Notes: a model not told the origin generated them from the sequence alone. A stretch of DNA of 64,000 nt from Escherichia coli (GCA_029351405.1 GCA_029351405.1_4841.1); one strand, 5' to 3'. Numbered from the stretch's first letter, positions 36,236 to 46,085 are shown. A program made the numbers and translations.

Positions 36236-38254
36236 TTAGAACACAACTTTCACAGTGCGGTTGAACGAGCCGCTCACCTTCACGAACACGTGGTTGCGTT
36301 GGGTGGTAGAGAAGCCCAGACCGGACAGCTGCTCAGTGCTTGGCTGTACTTTAATCTTACCACCTAACATTTCAAAAACCTTGCGGTGTTTATCAAGTTC
36401 CGGCTTCAGATATTCGTTATAGAAGCCACGGGTGCCGACAGGGTTAGCACAACCTTCCAGGATGAAGAACACGTGCTTGTTGCCAGTCTGCTCACCGTCC
36501 CAATGGTTTGGTGAGTTCAGAACCAGCTGTACCTTCTGGAAGACCGAGGTCTTGATGCCCCAGATTTCCTGAGAGCGAGCGTCGTCCTTCAGGGTAGAAC
36601 GGATGTCTACCACCTGACCAGCGCGGACATCAATCACAACAGCCAGAGTGCGATCTTTGTGCTTCAGACCAGGATGCGAAAAACGCTTGGTCTGGCCTTT
36701 GTATTCAACTTCGATTTCGAAGCCCATATCACAGGTTTCACGCTGGCTGAAGTTAGTGACATAGAACTCGTACAGACCATCACGCAGCTTGCGTTCATCG
36801 CTGAAGAAGATGTTCTCCACCGGGCGGCGGTTGGGATCAATGCCGTCCATACCGTTCATGTCGATATCCAGGGTTGCGCCAGTTGCCGAACGACGGTTGT
36901 GATAATACACGTGGTTGTGAAGAGGATCGTTCAGGCTCAGATCCAGGTCGTCGTTGTTATGCCAAGCCAGTGACACGCGGAGGAAGCTGTCGACATTGCC
37001 GCCTGCGGTCTTCACGCGCTCTTTGATAGAGTCGGCCACTTCGCCATTGTACGACCAGCTGAAGCCGTTGTTCCACTTGAACAGGTTAGGAGCGCCTGCG
37101 GTAGCCGGAGCGATCAGGGACATCAGGTTGCCAATGTGAGAGTTTTCGACCAGCACTTCCAGGGAATGCGCCTTTGGCAACACGTTGGTCAGGAAGTCGT
37201 CGATCGTGATCTCTTCAACCTTGTCCAGGGACTTGGTCGGAGTCTTCACTTCAGACGCCAGCTGAGCAAACGGGTCCATCTTCTTCTGAGCTGCCAGATC
37301 GGCGAACAGAACGTTGTTGATGGTCAGATCGTCATACACGGCATAACGGCGACCCAGTGAATCAGTCAGACCCAGCGCTTCGACTTCTTTCTGCGCGTTT
37401 TCAATCATAGACTTCGTGACCAGCGCGGTTGGGCGCTTGTAGTTCGTCGGAGCGACTTTGGTTTCAAAGGACTTCACGGCGGTTTCCAGATCCCGGCCTT
37501 CATTGAGGTCTACCAGCAGAGAGCCAATCACGGTATTACGAATGCCGTGAGGGGTATGACCGTTTGCACGGTAGCCAGTGCGCCAAGCCCACAGAGCGCG
37601 TTTCTCTTCTGCAGTTTGTTCGTACAGGGTCTTGTTCACCACAAACGCCTGCACTGCCGCTTTGTGCTCTTCACCGCGATACAGAGAATTCTGGTCGATC
37701 AATTCCAGAACGATTTCAGCCGATTCCAGAGACAGTTCACGCAGGCCGCGCTCAAACACTTCAATCGCCTGGCGGATTTCACCCTTCTTAGAAGCGATGG
37801 CATCTGCCCGCAGAACATAGCTGCCCAGCAGGTCGGTGTGGAAGTGGTTGTAGGTGCGGACAATACCGTCTTTCATTTCGTGATTCGACCCAACACCAAC
37901 TTTCTTGGTGTCGTTGAAGTACACGTCGACGATTGCGTGCTGCTTAACATACGCTGACAGCGCCGCAGCGACAACGTCATATTCGTTACCCAGCTGAATG
38001 TTATCCCAGATAGAGATCACGTTCAGGTCGGAGTCGATGGTGACCACACCGCCGATGTTACGGATGAATTGTTTACAGCAGGTGCAGTCGTGCTCGGTAC
38101 GCTCACGGTAGAGCGGGTTGGTACCAGCAGGGAAAGAAGACAGATACAGATCCCACAGAGCATCTTTATCGATGTTGGTCATGAACAGACCAGTTGCTGA
38201 CATGGCCAGCACGTTATTGTTGACAGCTACTGCGAAGGGCTTAAAATCTGACAT
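36236..38254 (-). CDS. large hypothetical protein (672 aa)
   Basis: SD AGGAAGA with ACATC-ATG leader; no motif I can assign. Confidence 0.7.
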   Translation of the reverse strand: MSDFKPFAVAVNNNVLAMSATGLFMTNIDKDALWDLYLSSFPAGTNPLYRERTEHDCTCCKQFIRNIGGVVTIDSDLNVISIWDNIQLGNEYDVVAAALSAYVKQHAIVDVYFNDTKKVGVGSNHEMKDGIVRTYNHFHTDLLGSYVLRADAIASKKGEIRQAIEVFERGLRELSLESAEIVLELIDQNSLYRGEEHKAAVQAFVVNKTLYEQTAEEKRALWAWRTGYRANGHTPHGIRNTVIGSLLVDLNEGRDLETAVKSFETKVAPTNYKRPTALVTKSMIENAQKEVEALGLTDSLGRRYAVYDDLTINNVLFADLAAQKKMDPFAQLASEVKTPTKSLDKVEEITIDDFLTNVLPKAHSLEVLVENSHIGNLMSLIAPATAGAPNLFKWNNGFSWSYNGEVADSIKERVKTAGGNVDSFLRVSLAWHNNDDLDLSLNDPLHNHVYYHNRRSATGATLDIDMNGMDGIDPNRRPVENIFFSDERKLRDGLYEFYVTNFSQRETCDMGFEIEVEYKGQTKRFSHPGLKHKDRTLAVVIDVRAGQVVDIRSTLKDDARSQEIWGIKTSVFQKVQLVLNSPNHWDGEQTGNKHVFFILEGCANPVGTRGFYNEYLKPELDKHRKVFEMLGGKIKVQPSTEQLSGLGFSTTQRNHVFVKVSGSFNRTVKVVF

Positions 38255-38368
38255 GATGTAATCTTCCTGTTTCAGTTCAAATGTGCGCCCCGTTTGCCAG
38301 GGCGCTTCGTTTAAGTGAGGTCAATATACGCTGGATTGAGTTATTGAAGAACGAAGTAAAGGGAATCT

Positions 38369-39592
38369 TTATTCAGGTTTCTTCAAACGGTCCAGCAAAT
38401 TGACGGAACCACGTTTGAGCACGACTTCATCACAGCGCTTTTTGTATTCCCCACCGCCGTCATAGCTGACCTTGCCCCGAGGTTTTTCACCGCGCCCAAC
38501 CGCCTCAACACAGCGGGTGTACTTGCTCAGTTCACAGAACATGTTCTCCAGCTGCATAACGTTCATGCACTGATCTACAGGCTCTTCAGCCGACCAGAAT
38601 TGCTCACGAACATACCCATATTGGGAATACACCGCGTCCTGATTGTCCCGCAACCAGAAGATGCATTCTTCATGCGTCATGCCATCTTTGTCCTGGAACA
38701 TCAGATCAATCCCTGCGCGACAGCCTGGTCCAGCAACCGTGAAGTGGTTCTCACTGAAAGGATATCCAGGAATGTACGTGAAATCAACCCAGATCTGATA
38801 GGCCAGGAATGGACCAAGCCCTTCGATGTCGTCATACATGCGCTGGTATACTTCCAGAGGAGTACCAAGGCGCAGCAAGTCATGGAAATAGTTTGGATAC
38901 TTGTTGACGAATGCCTTCAGAGAACGGATAACACGCATCGGCATGTATGGTTCCCATCCCTCGATGGTATATTCACCAGGATTCTCTTCGACCAGCTTTT
39001 TGGCGACCTTGTAGTCCATCTCGTCCACAATACCCTGGCCAACGCGATACACTTTCACCATCATCCCACCGAAGCGCTGCTCCTTGTGGTTGACAACCAG
39101 CTCAGGGAAAGCCAGGCATTGCTTCAGGCCGCCCGTGTTGAAGGCATTGGTGAATACCTTACCGCCGTCGGCCTCGAACTTCTGAAGTCGTTCGCGGGTT
39201 GCATCAAGGTTGATCTTGGCGAATTCTTTGATCGTCATCGCGCCGCCGATAGCCTGGATTGGATCCCAGAGGTTGAACATGCGGAACAACACGCAGTTGA
39301 ACATCTTGTCGGCCATACCCAGAGCATCGTTGTTGACGATGTTGTTGATCAGGTTGAGAGACTGCCTGTCGTGCTCTCTCCGGACATTACAGAACTTGAC
39401 CTGCCGTAATATGGGATTATCAGTCCAAGGAGCAGGAAGGCGCTGGACATCCTTCTTGACGTGGATCTGATAACGATCGCGCATCCATTCGTAAGACAGG
39501 CGGGTATGGGTCGGACTGAGAACCGGTTTGGCCGACTTTATCTTTTCTTCACGGACACCGCAGTACGGGACGTCTAGGGCTTTATCTTTCAT
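38369..39592 (-). CDS. hypothetical protein (407 aa)
   Basis: SD AAGAGGATA; function not recognisable from sequence. Confidence 0.7.
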   Translation of the reverse strand: MKDKALDVPYCGVREEKIKSAKPVLSPTHTRLSYEWMRDRYQIHVKKDVQRLPAPWTDNPILRQVKFCNVRREHDRQSLNLINNIVNNDALGMADKMFNCVLFRMFNLWDPIQAIGGAMTIKEFAKINLDATRERLQKFEADGGKVFTNAFNTGGLKQCLAFPELVVNHKEQRFGGMMVKVYRVGQGIVDEMDYKVAKKLVEENPGEYTIEGWEPYMPMRVIRSLKAFVNKYPNYFHDLLRLGTPLEVYQRMYDDIEGLGPFLAYQIWVDFTYIPGYPFSENHFTVAGPGCRAGIDLMFQDKDGMTHEECIFWLRDNQDAVYSQYGYVREQFWSAEEPVDQCMNVMQLENMFCELSKYTRCVEAVGRGEKPRGKVSYDGGGEYKKRCDEVVLKRGSVNLLDRLKKPE

Positions 39593-39610
39593 GGTATCCT
39601 CTTAGAATAC

Positions 39611-39636
39611 GAAAACAGAGGCCATTATAGCCTCTG
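39611..39636 (-). terminator. stem-loop with U-tract
   Basis: cagaggc / gcctctg stem followed by UUUUCGUAUUC on the minus strand; loop contains TATAAT. Confidence 0.4.
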
Positions 39637-39660
39637 TTGTTTAGTGAATAACTGTATATC

Positions 39661-40533
39661 TTAATCGATACGGGTCAGTTGGGTGATAGATGATTGCACT
39701 GGGCTGGCCACATAGATACGGACGTTGGCTTTCCATTCACCCCAGATCAACGGTAGAGTTGGAAAGTTGTCTTCATTGAAAACAAACACGGGAATGTAGC
39801 TCTCGACTGTTTCGCCAGAGAACGCCTGGAAGCCCATCTTGGTGTATCCCACGATCTCGTCAATAAAATCGAACGGCGCGTAGGCAACACCAGCATGTTC
39901 GTTGCATCCGAGTCGACCTGGGGTAGCCGTGCCCGTCAGAATGATTTCGGTGATCTGGCGCTTAGGCTCGGTGGTCAACATATCAGAGAAGTCAGGCTCT
40001 TTGAAGGTTGCCATGTTCTTCAGGAACTTGCCAGCCGGGTATTCTTTGCCGTCGACGGTGATGGTGTTCACCACTTTGATACACGCCTGAGGGAATTCCC
40101 CTTCGATGCGCAGACTTTCGCGTGGGAAGCCTTTGTTGTAGTAGTAATCCAGTGCTGGCACAACTTCACCTTCATTACGGATGAACTTGCTCATGTTAGA
40201 GGCATACACGCGTTGTAGGCATTCGTCACCGTCGAAACCAGCAATATGAGCCACACCGTCGTTGACTGTTGTGATGTCGCCCTGAGCATCCATGATCTGG
40301 CGCATAATGCCTTTGATGTCGACAACAACGGGTTCTTTCAGGACTCGCGGAGATGCAGTGAACTCAATTTTCACCTCATGGTCGAAATACGCCGCTTCCA
40401 GCAGTTCACGGGTTTCTTCCAGCACCAGTTTCGCCTGATTGCGGATCTTGTCAAAATTGGGCGACGTGACATCGCCCTTTGCATTACCGAAAGCCAGATT
40501 CAGATTCACGTTCTTAGAAAATGTAGTTGTCAT
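39661..40533 (-). CDS. hypothetical protein (290 aa), possibly MazG-like NTP pyrophosphohydrolase
   Basis: SD GGAG; N-terminal LVLEETRELLEAAYFDHE resembles the MazG EExxE helix (weak). Confidence 0.6.
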   Translation of the reverse strand: MTTTFSKNVNLNLAFGNAKGDVTSPNFDKIRNQAKLVLEETRELLEAAYFDHEVKIEFTASPRVLKEPVVVDIKGIMRQIMDAQGDITTVNDGVAHIAGFDGDECLQRVYASNMSKFIRNEGEVVPALDYYYNKGFPRESLRIEGEFPQACIKVVNTITVDGKEYPAGKFLKNMATFKEPDFSDMLTTEPKRQITEIILTGTATPGRLGCNEHAGVAYAPFDFIDEIVGYTKMGFQAFSGETVESYIPVFVFNEDNFPTLPLIWGEWKANVRIYVASPVQSSITQLTRID

Positions 40534-40549
40534 GATTTAGCGACTCCAG

Positions 40550-41014
40550 TTATTCGCTTTTGGCCTTTGTAGGCCGGATAATGTATTTTGGGACCAGCTT
40601 CCATTCAGGAACCTGATCGTGTTTAACCACTTTAATGCGTGACATATCAGCGGCTTCGGTGACCTGCTCAGGATGAATGACCTTCACCATGTTCCACTGC
40701 TCCAGCAGCTTGATGATTCGGTTCATCCTCAGGACATCTTCGCGGTTAAATCCGTTGTAATGCCCGTCCAGCATAAATAGATGCTTAAAGTGGACGATAT
40801 AATACTTACCACACTTATGAAGAATATGGCAAGTCTGATACAGAGTATTCGGCTCTTGGCGCGTGTTTACCCCAATTCGACTCAGTGTTTCCTTGATCCC
40901 CAGGAATATACCTGGCCGATCTTGGTTCAATTGAACTTCAACCATACAATCAACGATGCTGGCCTCATCGTTGACTGCTGAAATATTCAATATGTCTAGC
41001 GTATTACGCGCCAT
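40550..41014 (-). CDS. regA: translational repressor RegA
   Basis: Core aligns with T4 RegA (GIKETLSRIG ... LYQTCHILHKCGKYYIVHFK ... EWKLVPKYII); T4 synteny after 44/62; an alternative start at 40945 is possible. Confidence 0.85.
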   Translation of the reverse strand: MARNTLDILNISAVNDEASIVDCMVEVQLNQDRPGIFLGIKETLSRIGVNTRQEPNTLYQTCHILHKCGKYYIVHFKHLFMLDGHYNGFNREDVLRMNRIIKLLEQWNMVKVIHPEQVTEAADMSRIKVVKHDQVPEWKLVPKYIIRPTKAKSE

Positions 41015-41042
41015 GACTCATTCCCCTTTACAATAGTTTGAA

Positions 41043-41465
41043 CTACTTAGCCTTGCGCGGTTTCGCTTTGGCGTTCAGCTCAGTGCGTCTCATCTTCTCG
41101 CGTATCTCGGCCAGGACTTCCTTCGGCAAGAAACGGACGTACTCCGATGCCTTCTCCATGCTGATGTAGAAGTACTCTGAGAGTAACTTCACGTCAGGAT
41201 CAATCGGACCTTTCTTAGACCATTTGTCGTAGCGTTTCCGAGCCGGAATGGTGTAAAAGGCATATGACCATTGCATCCATGGAGTGATAGCATGTAGCTT
41301 ATTCATCTGTTGCGCAGCCACTAGAGTGTCTTTGCTCTGAGCTAAACCACGCCGCGTCATAAACGGGTCGAATCCTTTCAACACTTCTGGGTCATCAGAC
41401 CGCAAAAGGTTTTCTTTGCTGCTGTTCAGAGCAGCCAGGTAATCGAACAATCCAAGGGCGGCCAT
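41043..41465 (-). CDS. gp62: clamp loader small subunit, T4 gp62-like
   Basis: ARKRYDKWSK region aligns with T4 gp62 RGKRYGKWAK; ATG at 41465 just after the gp44 stop. Confidence 0.7.
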   Translation of the reverse strand: MAALGLFDYLAALNSSKENLLRSDDPEVLKGFDPFMTRRGLAQSKDTLVAAQQMNKLHAITPWMQWSYAFYTIPARKRYDKWSKKGPIDPDVKLLSEYFYISMEKASEYVRFLPKEVLAEIREKMRRTELNAKAKPRKAK

Positions 41466-41469
41466 AATA

Positions 41470-42459
41470 TCACTTCCACTTGATGTTGAGCATGACATTG
41501 GTCAGGAAAAACACAGCATGCAACCAGACATCGCCGACTTGGCGGTGTTCAATCTGAGACTGACCACATACGCACACCAGATCAGGGATAGACTCATTCT
41601 GAACCAACATTTGCTTCTCTTTATCCTGTGGCACACAGAACTGGAAGAAGCGGGAATAGAAGTCTTCAGTGATATAGTTCTGGTTGTCGGTCACCCACTG
41701 CTTCATCCCAGCCCAGTCATTATCCTTCAACATATTCACCAACATGCCCATATCGGCCGATTTTAACACAGCCAGTGCACGTTCGTCGATCTTGCCGTAA
41801 GTGGTGACGTTATCCTGTAGAACACCCATGATGCGGCGGTTATCAGGGAAATGGCGCTTGACAATAGCAGCCAACACAGGAGGGTCATACTCAACACCTT
41901 CGCTGCGAAGGATTTCAGCACAGCGGCGCATGAACTGAAGTTTGACCTCATCAGCCTCAGTCTCATTCCAGATAAAGTCGATTTCACGGCAACGAGAGCG
42001 CAGAGGTTCGTTCACACGTTGCTTGGCGTTGGTGGTCAGGATGAATGAACAGTTCTTGGAGACCTTCTCCACAATACCCTTCAGCGACTCCTGCGCCGCC
42101 ATAGACAGACGCTCTACTTCGTCGAGGATAACGACTTTGCGACCACCGAATACACTCACACCAGTAGAGTACTGAATCACGCGGTCACGGATAACGTCGA
42201 TACTGTTGTCCAGGGATGCGTTGATCATCAGTGGTTGCTTACAACCGATCTCGTTACACACAGCCAGGGCGGAGGTAGTCTTGCCAGTACCAGGCTGAGG
42301 GGAGTAGAACAGCATAGACGGGATGTTACCGTTGCCGCTGGTGATGTAGCCATGGATTTTAGCGCGGACGTCTTGAGGGATGATAATCTCGTCCAGGTTG
42401 TCAGGGCGGAAACGGTTCTCCCAGGCGTACTGGTCTTTTACAATCGTGATATTAGACAT
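41470..42459 (-). CDS. gp44: clamp loader large subunit, T4 gp44-like (AAA+ RFC family)
   Basis: 329 aa; Walker A SPQPGTGKTT; SRC-like motif; aligns with T4 gp44. Confidence 0.9.
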   Translation of the reverse strand: MSNITIVKDQYAWENRFRPDNLDEIIIPQDVRAKIHGYITSGNGNIPSMLFYSPQPGTGKTTSALAVCNEIGCKQPLMINASLDNSIDVIRDRVIQYSTGVSVFGGRKVVILDEVERLSMAAQESLKGIVEKVSKNCSFILTTNAKQRVNEPLRSRCREIDFIWNETEADEVKLQFMRRCAEILRSEGVEYDPPVLAAIVKRHFPDNRRIMGVLQDNVTTYGKIDERALAVLKSADMGMLVNMLKDNDWAGMKQWVTDNQNYITEDFYSRFFQFCVPQDKEKQMLVQNESIPDLVCVCGQSQIEHRQVGDVWLHAVFFLTNVMLNIKWK

Positions 42460-43115
42460 TATGTATTTCCATGATATAGTTTACAGAACAGAACCCAAGC
42501 GTCGTCATCATACGGGTTCCAGCCCTCTTTGAATTTGTTTAACATACTCGTTGCGGTGTTCTCTTTAATAGAGAACAAACGGGCAATTCTATGGCACCCA
42601 TCACCAGTAGAAACCCAGTGATCATACACTACCCCAGCCTTTAACCACATCGGTCTGGTGTTGTGTAGCAGCGCAGCCCCGGTGTCCCAGGGTTTTATTC
42701 CTGCGGCGGGGTGGCTTTTACCAGTTCTTCCGTGCATGGGATGAAGATTCCCAGACTTGCCCTTCAACCAACTCGAGACACCAACTCGGTGATGTTTAGG
42801 TCCCGCTGACCTACCGTTGGCGATACCACAACCCCGTGGCTGAAATGATTTGTTTAAACATTTTGGGTGATCAATGTTCTCACTAATCAACTGCTGCTCT
42901 CTCCAATATGCTTCTTCTGGGGAGTCAAACAGTTCTACGAATTCTACATCAAAGAAATCAGAACCTTTCTTAGATATGATTTCCTTGACTGTTTGTGAAG
43001 AAGTGAAATATGAAGTGAACAATTGTAAAGGATGTGCACCCAATTTCGTTCTAGAACCAAAATAGAAAGAACCATCCTTCCCTAACAAATGATATACAAA
43101 CGGTTGGTTCCTCAT
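42459..43115 (-). CDS. GIY-YIG homing endonuclease (seg-like) with NUMOD3-type repeats
   Basis: VYHLL ... FYFGSR GIY-YIG motifs, 10-aa spacing; C-terminal KGKSGNLHPMHGRTGKSHP repeats; inserted between gp45 and gp44; start at 43115 or 43139. Confidence 0.7.
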   Translation of the reverse strand: MRNQPFVYHLLGKDGSFYFGSRTKLGAHPLQLFTSYFTSSQTVKEIISKKGSDFFDVEFVELFDSPEEAYWREQQLISENIDHPKCLNKSFQPRGCGIANGRSAGPKHHRVGVSSWLKGKSGNLHPMHGRTGKSHPAAGIKPWDTGAALLHNTRPMWLKAGVVYDHWVSTGDGCHRIARLFSIKENTATSMLNKFKEGWNPYDDDAWVLFCKLYHGNT

Positions 43116-43147
43116 TTCAGCCTCGTGTAGAAGAATCATTTCAAATA

Positions 43148-43166
43148 GGCGGGGAACTCCCCCGCC
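43148..43166 (-). repeat. GC-rich leader stem-loop (ggcgggg-aactc-ccccgcc), family member
   Basis: 7-bp stem followed by TATTTGAAATG, as in the 30662 and 31223 copies. Confidence 0.4.
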
Positions 43167-43196
43167 CACACATTATAGCATCAGGCTGGAGATTGA

Positions 43197-43865
43197 TTAC
43201 TCAATCTGTGCGCCGACGAAGTAATTGATCGTCGCGTCGGATGATTGGAAGTTCACCATCTGTAGATCAGCACATGCACGCAGAGTGTAGTTGCCTTCGA
43301 TCATTTTCAGGTTGGCAACATCCAGCGGCATTACGAAGTCCGGCAGCGCGGTTTCGCCCAGCTCAACAGTGTAATTGTTGGAGTTGTCCAGGGTAGTGGT
43401 GGTTGCAACCAGGCGTGTTTTGCCACCCTGAGCAACCAGACGCACAGTCTTATGTCCTAGGGTAGAGCAGGCGCGGGTCAGTTCTTTCATCTTCTCTGGA
43501 GTGATGATCGCTTCAAAATCGACAGACGGCAGTTCAATGGTGTCAGCCGGAACAACAGTGAGTTCTTTAGCAGAACGCCAGAATTGCAGCTGAGAGCTTT
43601 CGCCTTTCAACAGGATGTAGTCCTGATGGAATTCGGCTTTGGCACCTTTGAAGGAAGGTAGGCGCTGGATGGCCAGAAGTTTGGTCAGGTCCAGAATCGG
43701 GAACTCAAACGGGAAGTCTTCTTCGATCTGCGCCACGGCGATCACAGTAGAAGAATCATTAATACTGCGCAGCATCTTGCCCGGTGTCAGAACGATAGAT
43801 GGGTTGATGGTCTCAAAGTTGGCCAGCAACTGAAGTGTACGTTCAGAGAGAGTGATCTCTTGCAT
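43197..43865 (-). CDS. gp45: sliding clamp, T4 gp45-like
   Basis: 222 aa; N-terminal region aligns with T4 gp45; SD GAGGA. Confidence 0.9.
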   Translation of the reverse strand: MQEITLSERTLQLLANFETINPSIVLTPGKMLRSINDSSTVIAVAQIEEDFPFEFPILDLTKLLAIQRLPSFKGAKAEFHQDYILLKGESSQLQFWRSAKELTVVPADTIELPSVDFEAIITPEKMKELTRACSTLGHKTVRLVAQGGKTRLVATTTTLDNSNNYTVELGETALPDFVMPLDVANLKMIEGNYTLRACADLQMVNFQSSDATINYFVGAQIE

Positions 43866-44207
43866 TTGTATGTATCCTCAAAATATAGTGGGGGTTCAAG
43901 TCATGTTTGACGCAATCTAGTATCGCTGTGTTTTGCTTATAGAACAAGTGGCAAATTGCGCTACGCGTTATTAATAAATGCCTTCGGCATTTATGGACTT
44001 TATTAAAGATAATAACCTTTATTAATCCTATTCGCTTCGCTCATAAAACAAATACTCGTTGTTCGCTAACGCTCACAACTCGTATAATACCACGCCGTTG
44101 TTCAACAAGAAAGCAGTTTTTATTCAACAGCAAAAATAATTTATTTGGTCTAAACATGCACGCGAAATAATATGTATGTCATGTTAACCAACACACGAGA
44201 GTAATAT

Positions 44208-44552
44208 ATGAAACAGTTCGTAGGATTATACGCAGTTGGGTGTAGTAAGCCAGACGCCAACACCCCAGTTTATCTGACACAGCTGGCGTCAGACAAGAAC
44301 TTACCATCGGAACCGCGATTTGTCCCCCTTGGCTTGATGACAGGCCTGAAAGTTGGTCTGTATGTCGGCGTTGTGACGTTTGAAAACGGCATCGAAGCGA
44401 AGGTTCTGCCATTCAAATTGGGTAGTGAACAAATGCTGAAGGATACGATCAGTGAACACCTGAACTCACAATGTCTGGCTTCTCTGGATAAATTGTTCGG
44501 CGTAGTATCTGATGAAGGCGAGGCCACCCCCGCCTATGTGAATCAAGATTAA
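44208..44552 (+). CDS. hypothetical protein (plus strand)
   Basis: 114-aa ORF after a 342-bp AT-rich intergenic region; SD GAGAG. Confidence 0.5.
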   Translation: MKQFVGLYAVGCSKPDANTPVYLTQLASDKNLPSEPRFVPLGLMTGLKVGLYVGVVTFENGIEAKVLPFKLGSEQMLKDTISEHLNSQCLASLDKLFGVVSDEGEATPAYVNQD

Positions 44553-46057
44553 TCGTGATTACCCAGCGCCACCTTCATGAACTCCACAGGGTGGCGCTCT
44601 GCCAGGTAAAACTTGTAACGCTCATGAGAGTGCCTAAGAGCGTGGTTCGTGCTGGCGTTATACGATGCATCATCAACTAAGTCCCATATCCACGCAACGT
44701 CCTTAGAGGAGTGCTGACGCATCAGACGACCCAATGTCTGTATGACGCGGATATATGACTTGCTCGGGTGTGCCAGTACAAGGTGGTGCAGCTTCTTGAT
44801 TGACACACCCTGCTGCATTGTTCCGTATGATGCTAACAGGGTGATGTCCTCTCCATCCTCCATCGCTTTCTGTATGCGACGGCGGTCTTCTATCTTCACT
44901 TCCCCGTTGATGACAAACACGTTGGGCTTGACTGCGCTCAGCATATCATACACGACCATCATGTGACCATCAATACGCTCGAACATGATGGCCACGTTTC
45001 CTTTCAGATTCAGTGCCATCTTGGCGATCAGTTCGTTGCGGGACTGGTGTGTAATAAGGTATTCTATTTCCTTGGAATAATCCCCGTCCAGACCAACGGC
45101 ATCCGCCGGAGTGTGCTTCAGCTGAATCATCTTCACTTTGATGTCAGTGGCGTACCCGAGATTGATAAGGTCGCGAGCCGTGATGATCTTATGGTACGCC
45201 CCGAAGTGAGCCACCACCTGAAGCCCGGCAACTTTGGTGTTCGCCAGCGTACCTGTAACCCCCAGGCGCTGGTCGGCATAGATGCAGTTGTTTAGGATGT
45301 AAGACAGTTTATCAGACTTGGAGGTGTGCACTTCGTCCACCACGATATCACCGAACTGGTGGAACCATTCCTTCGGCTGGTCTTGAATGCCTTGCCATGT
45401 ACTGATGACGATTGGTTTGCTGATCTCCTTTGTCGCGCCCTCAAAAATCAGCTGGGTGTTAGCAACGGGCTTCCAATCACTGCCATGAGCATACTCTTCG
45501 AAGTTGTCGTACAGCTGAGTGACTAGGTGGATTGACGGCACCACGATAAGCGTCTTCAGAGGACTTTCGAGAGCTTCTCTGCGCCGCCTGTAGTACCGCG
45601 CCATGACATACAGAATAAAGGACTTACCGGCACTCGTAGCCAGTTCACAGACGCATCTGGTTTGACGCATAGCCTTGGCGATGGTGTCGTACTGGTAGTC
45701 ACGAGTCTCGGCATCGATATATTCGTGATTTTCGGTGCGGATCTTTGGATGCAGACTGTCGATGAAGTCACGGATTTCTTCATCTGGGATTTCCTGAATG
45801 TACTTCAGTGTCGGATCCAGTTCAATTGTGTATCCGTTGTTCTTACAGAACTTAAATACCTCAAACAGCAGACCGATATCGATTAGACCAGATGACTTGG
45901 TAAATAGGCGGACAACCCCGTCCCATTTAGAGAAGGGGTTGGGAACGAAGTTCGGGTCTTCGAATTTGAAGTAATCATTAAGTTCTTCCCTGATAGAAAG
46001 ATCTGCGATGCAACGCATGCGGACTTCGTTAACCTTAACAATCTGAATGTCTGCCAT
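44549..46057 (-). CDS. uvsW: UvsW-like SF2 helicase
   Basis: N-terminus and NLHHLVLAH motif align with T4 UvsW; Walker A TSAGKS, DEVH box; ATG at 46057 with SD GGGAGA. Confidence 0.85.
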   Translation of the reverse strand: MADIQIVKVNEVRMRCIADLSIREELNDYFKFEDPNFVPNPFSKWDGVVRLFTKSSGLIDIGLLFEVFKFCKNNGYTIELDPTLKYIQEIPDEEIRDFIDSLHPKIRTENHEYIDAETRDYQYDTIAKAMRQTRCVCELATSAGKSFILYVMARYYRRRREALESPLKTLIVVPSIHLVTQLYDNFEEYAHGSDWKPVANTQLIFEGATKEISKPIVISTWQGIQDQPKEWFHQFGDIVVDEVHTSKSDKLSYILNNCIYADQRLGVTGTLANTKVAGLQVVAHFGAYHKIITARDLINLGYATDIKVKMIQLKHTPADAVGLDGDYSKEIEYLITHQSRNELIAKMALNLKGNVAIMFERIDGHMMVVYDMLSAVKPNVFVINGEVKIEDRRRIQKAMEDGEDITLLASYGTMQQGVSIKKLHHLVLAHPSKSYIRVIQTLGRLMRQHSSKDVAWIWDLVDDASYNASTNHALRHSHERYKFYLAERHPVEFMKVALGNHD

Positions 46058-46085
46058 ACAAAATCTCCCAAGGATTATGGGGTAT

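Noticed and set aside
42459-42490. ACTATATCATG leader motif immediately upstream of the gp44 start.
   Set aside because: Here the motif lies in frame within the C-terminal codons of the homing endonuclease gene and is followed by its stop, so it is coincidental rather than a leader for gp44.
43880-43900. Possible tRNA genes in the AT-rich intergenic regions (for example around GGGGGTTCAAGTC at 43880-43900).
   Set aside because: No complementary acceptor or T-stem partners or anticodon-arm geometry could be found by eye; a tRNA scan would be needed to be sure.
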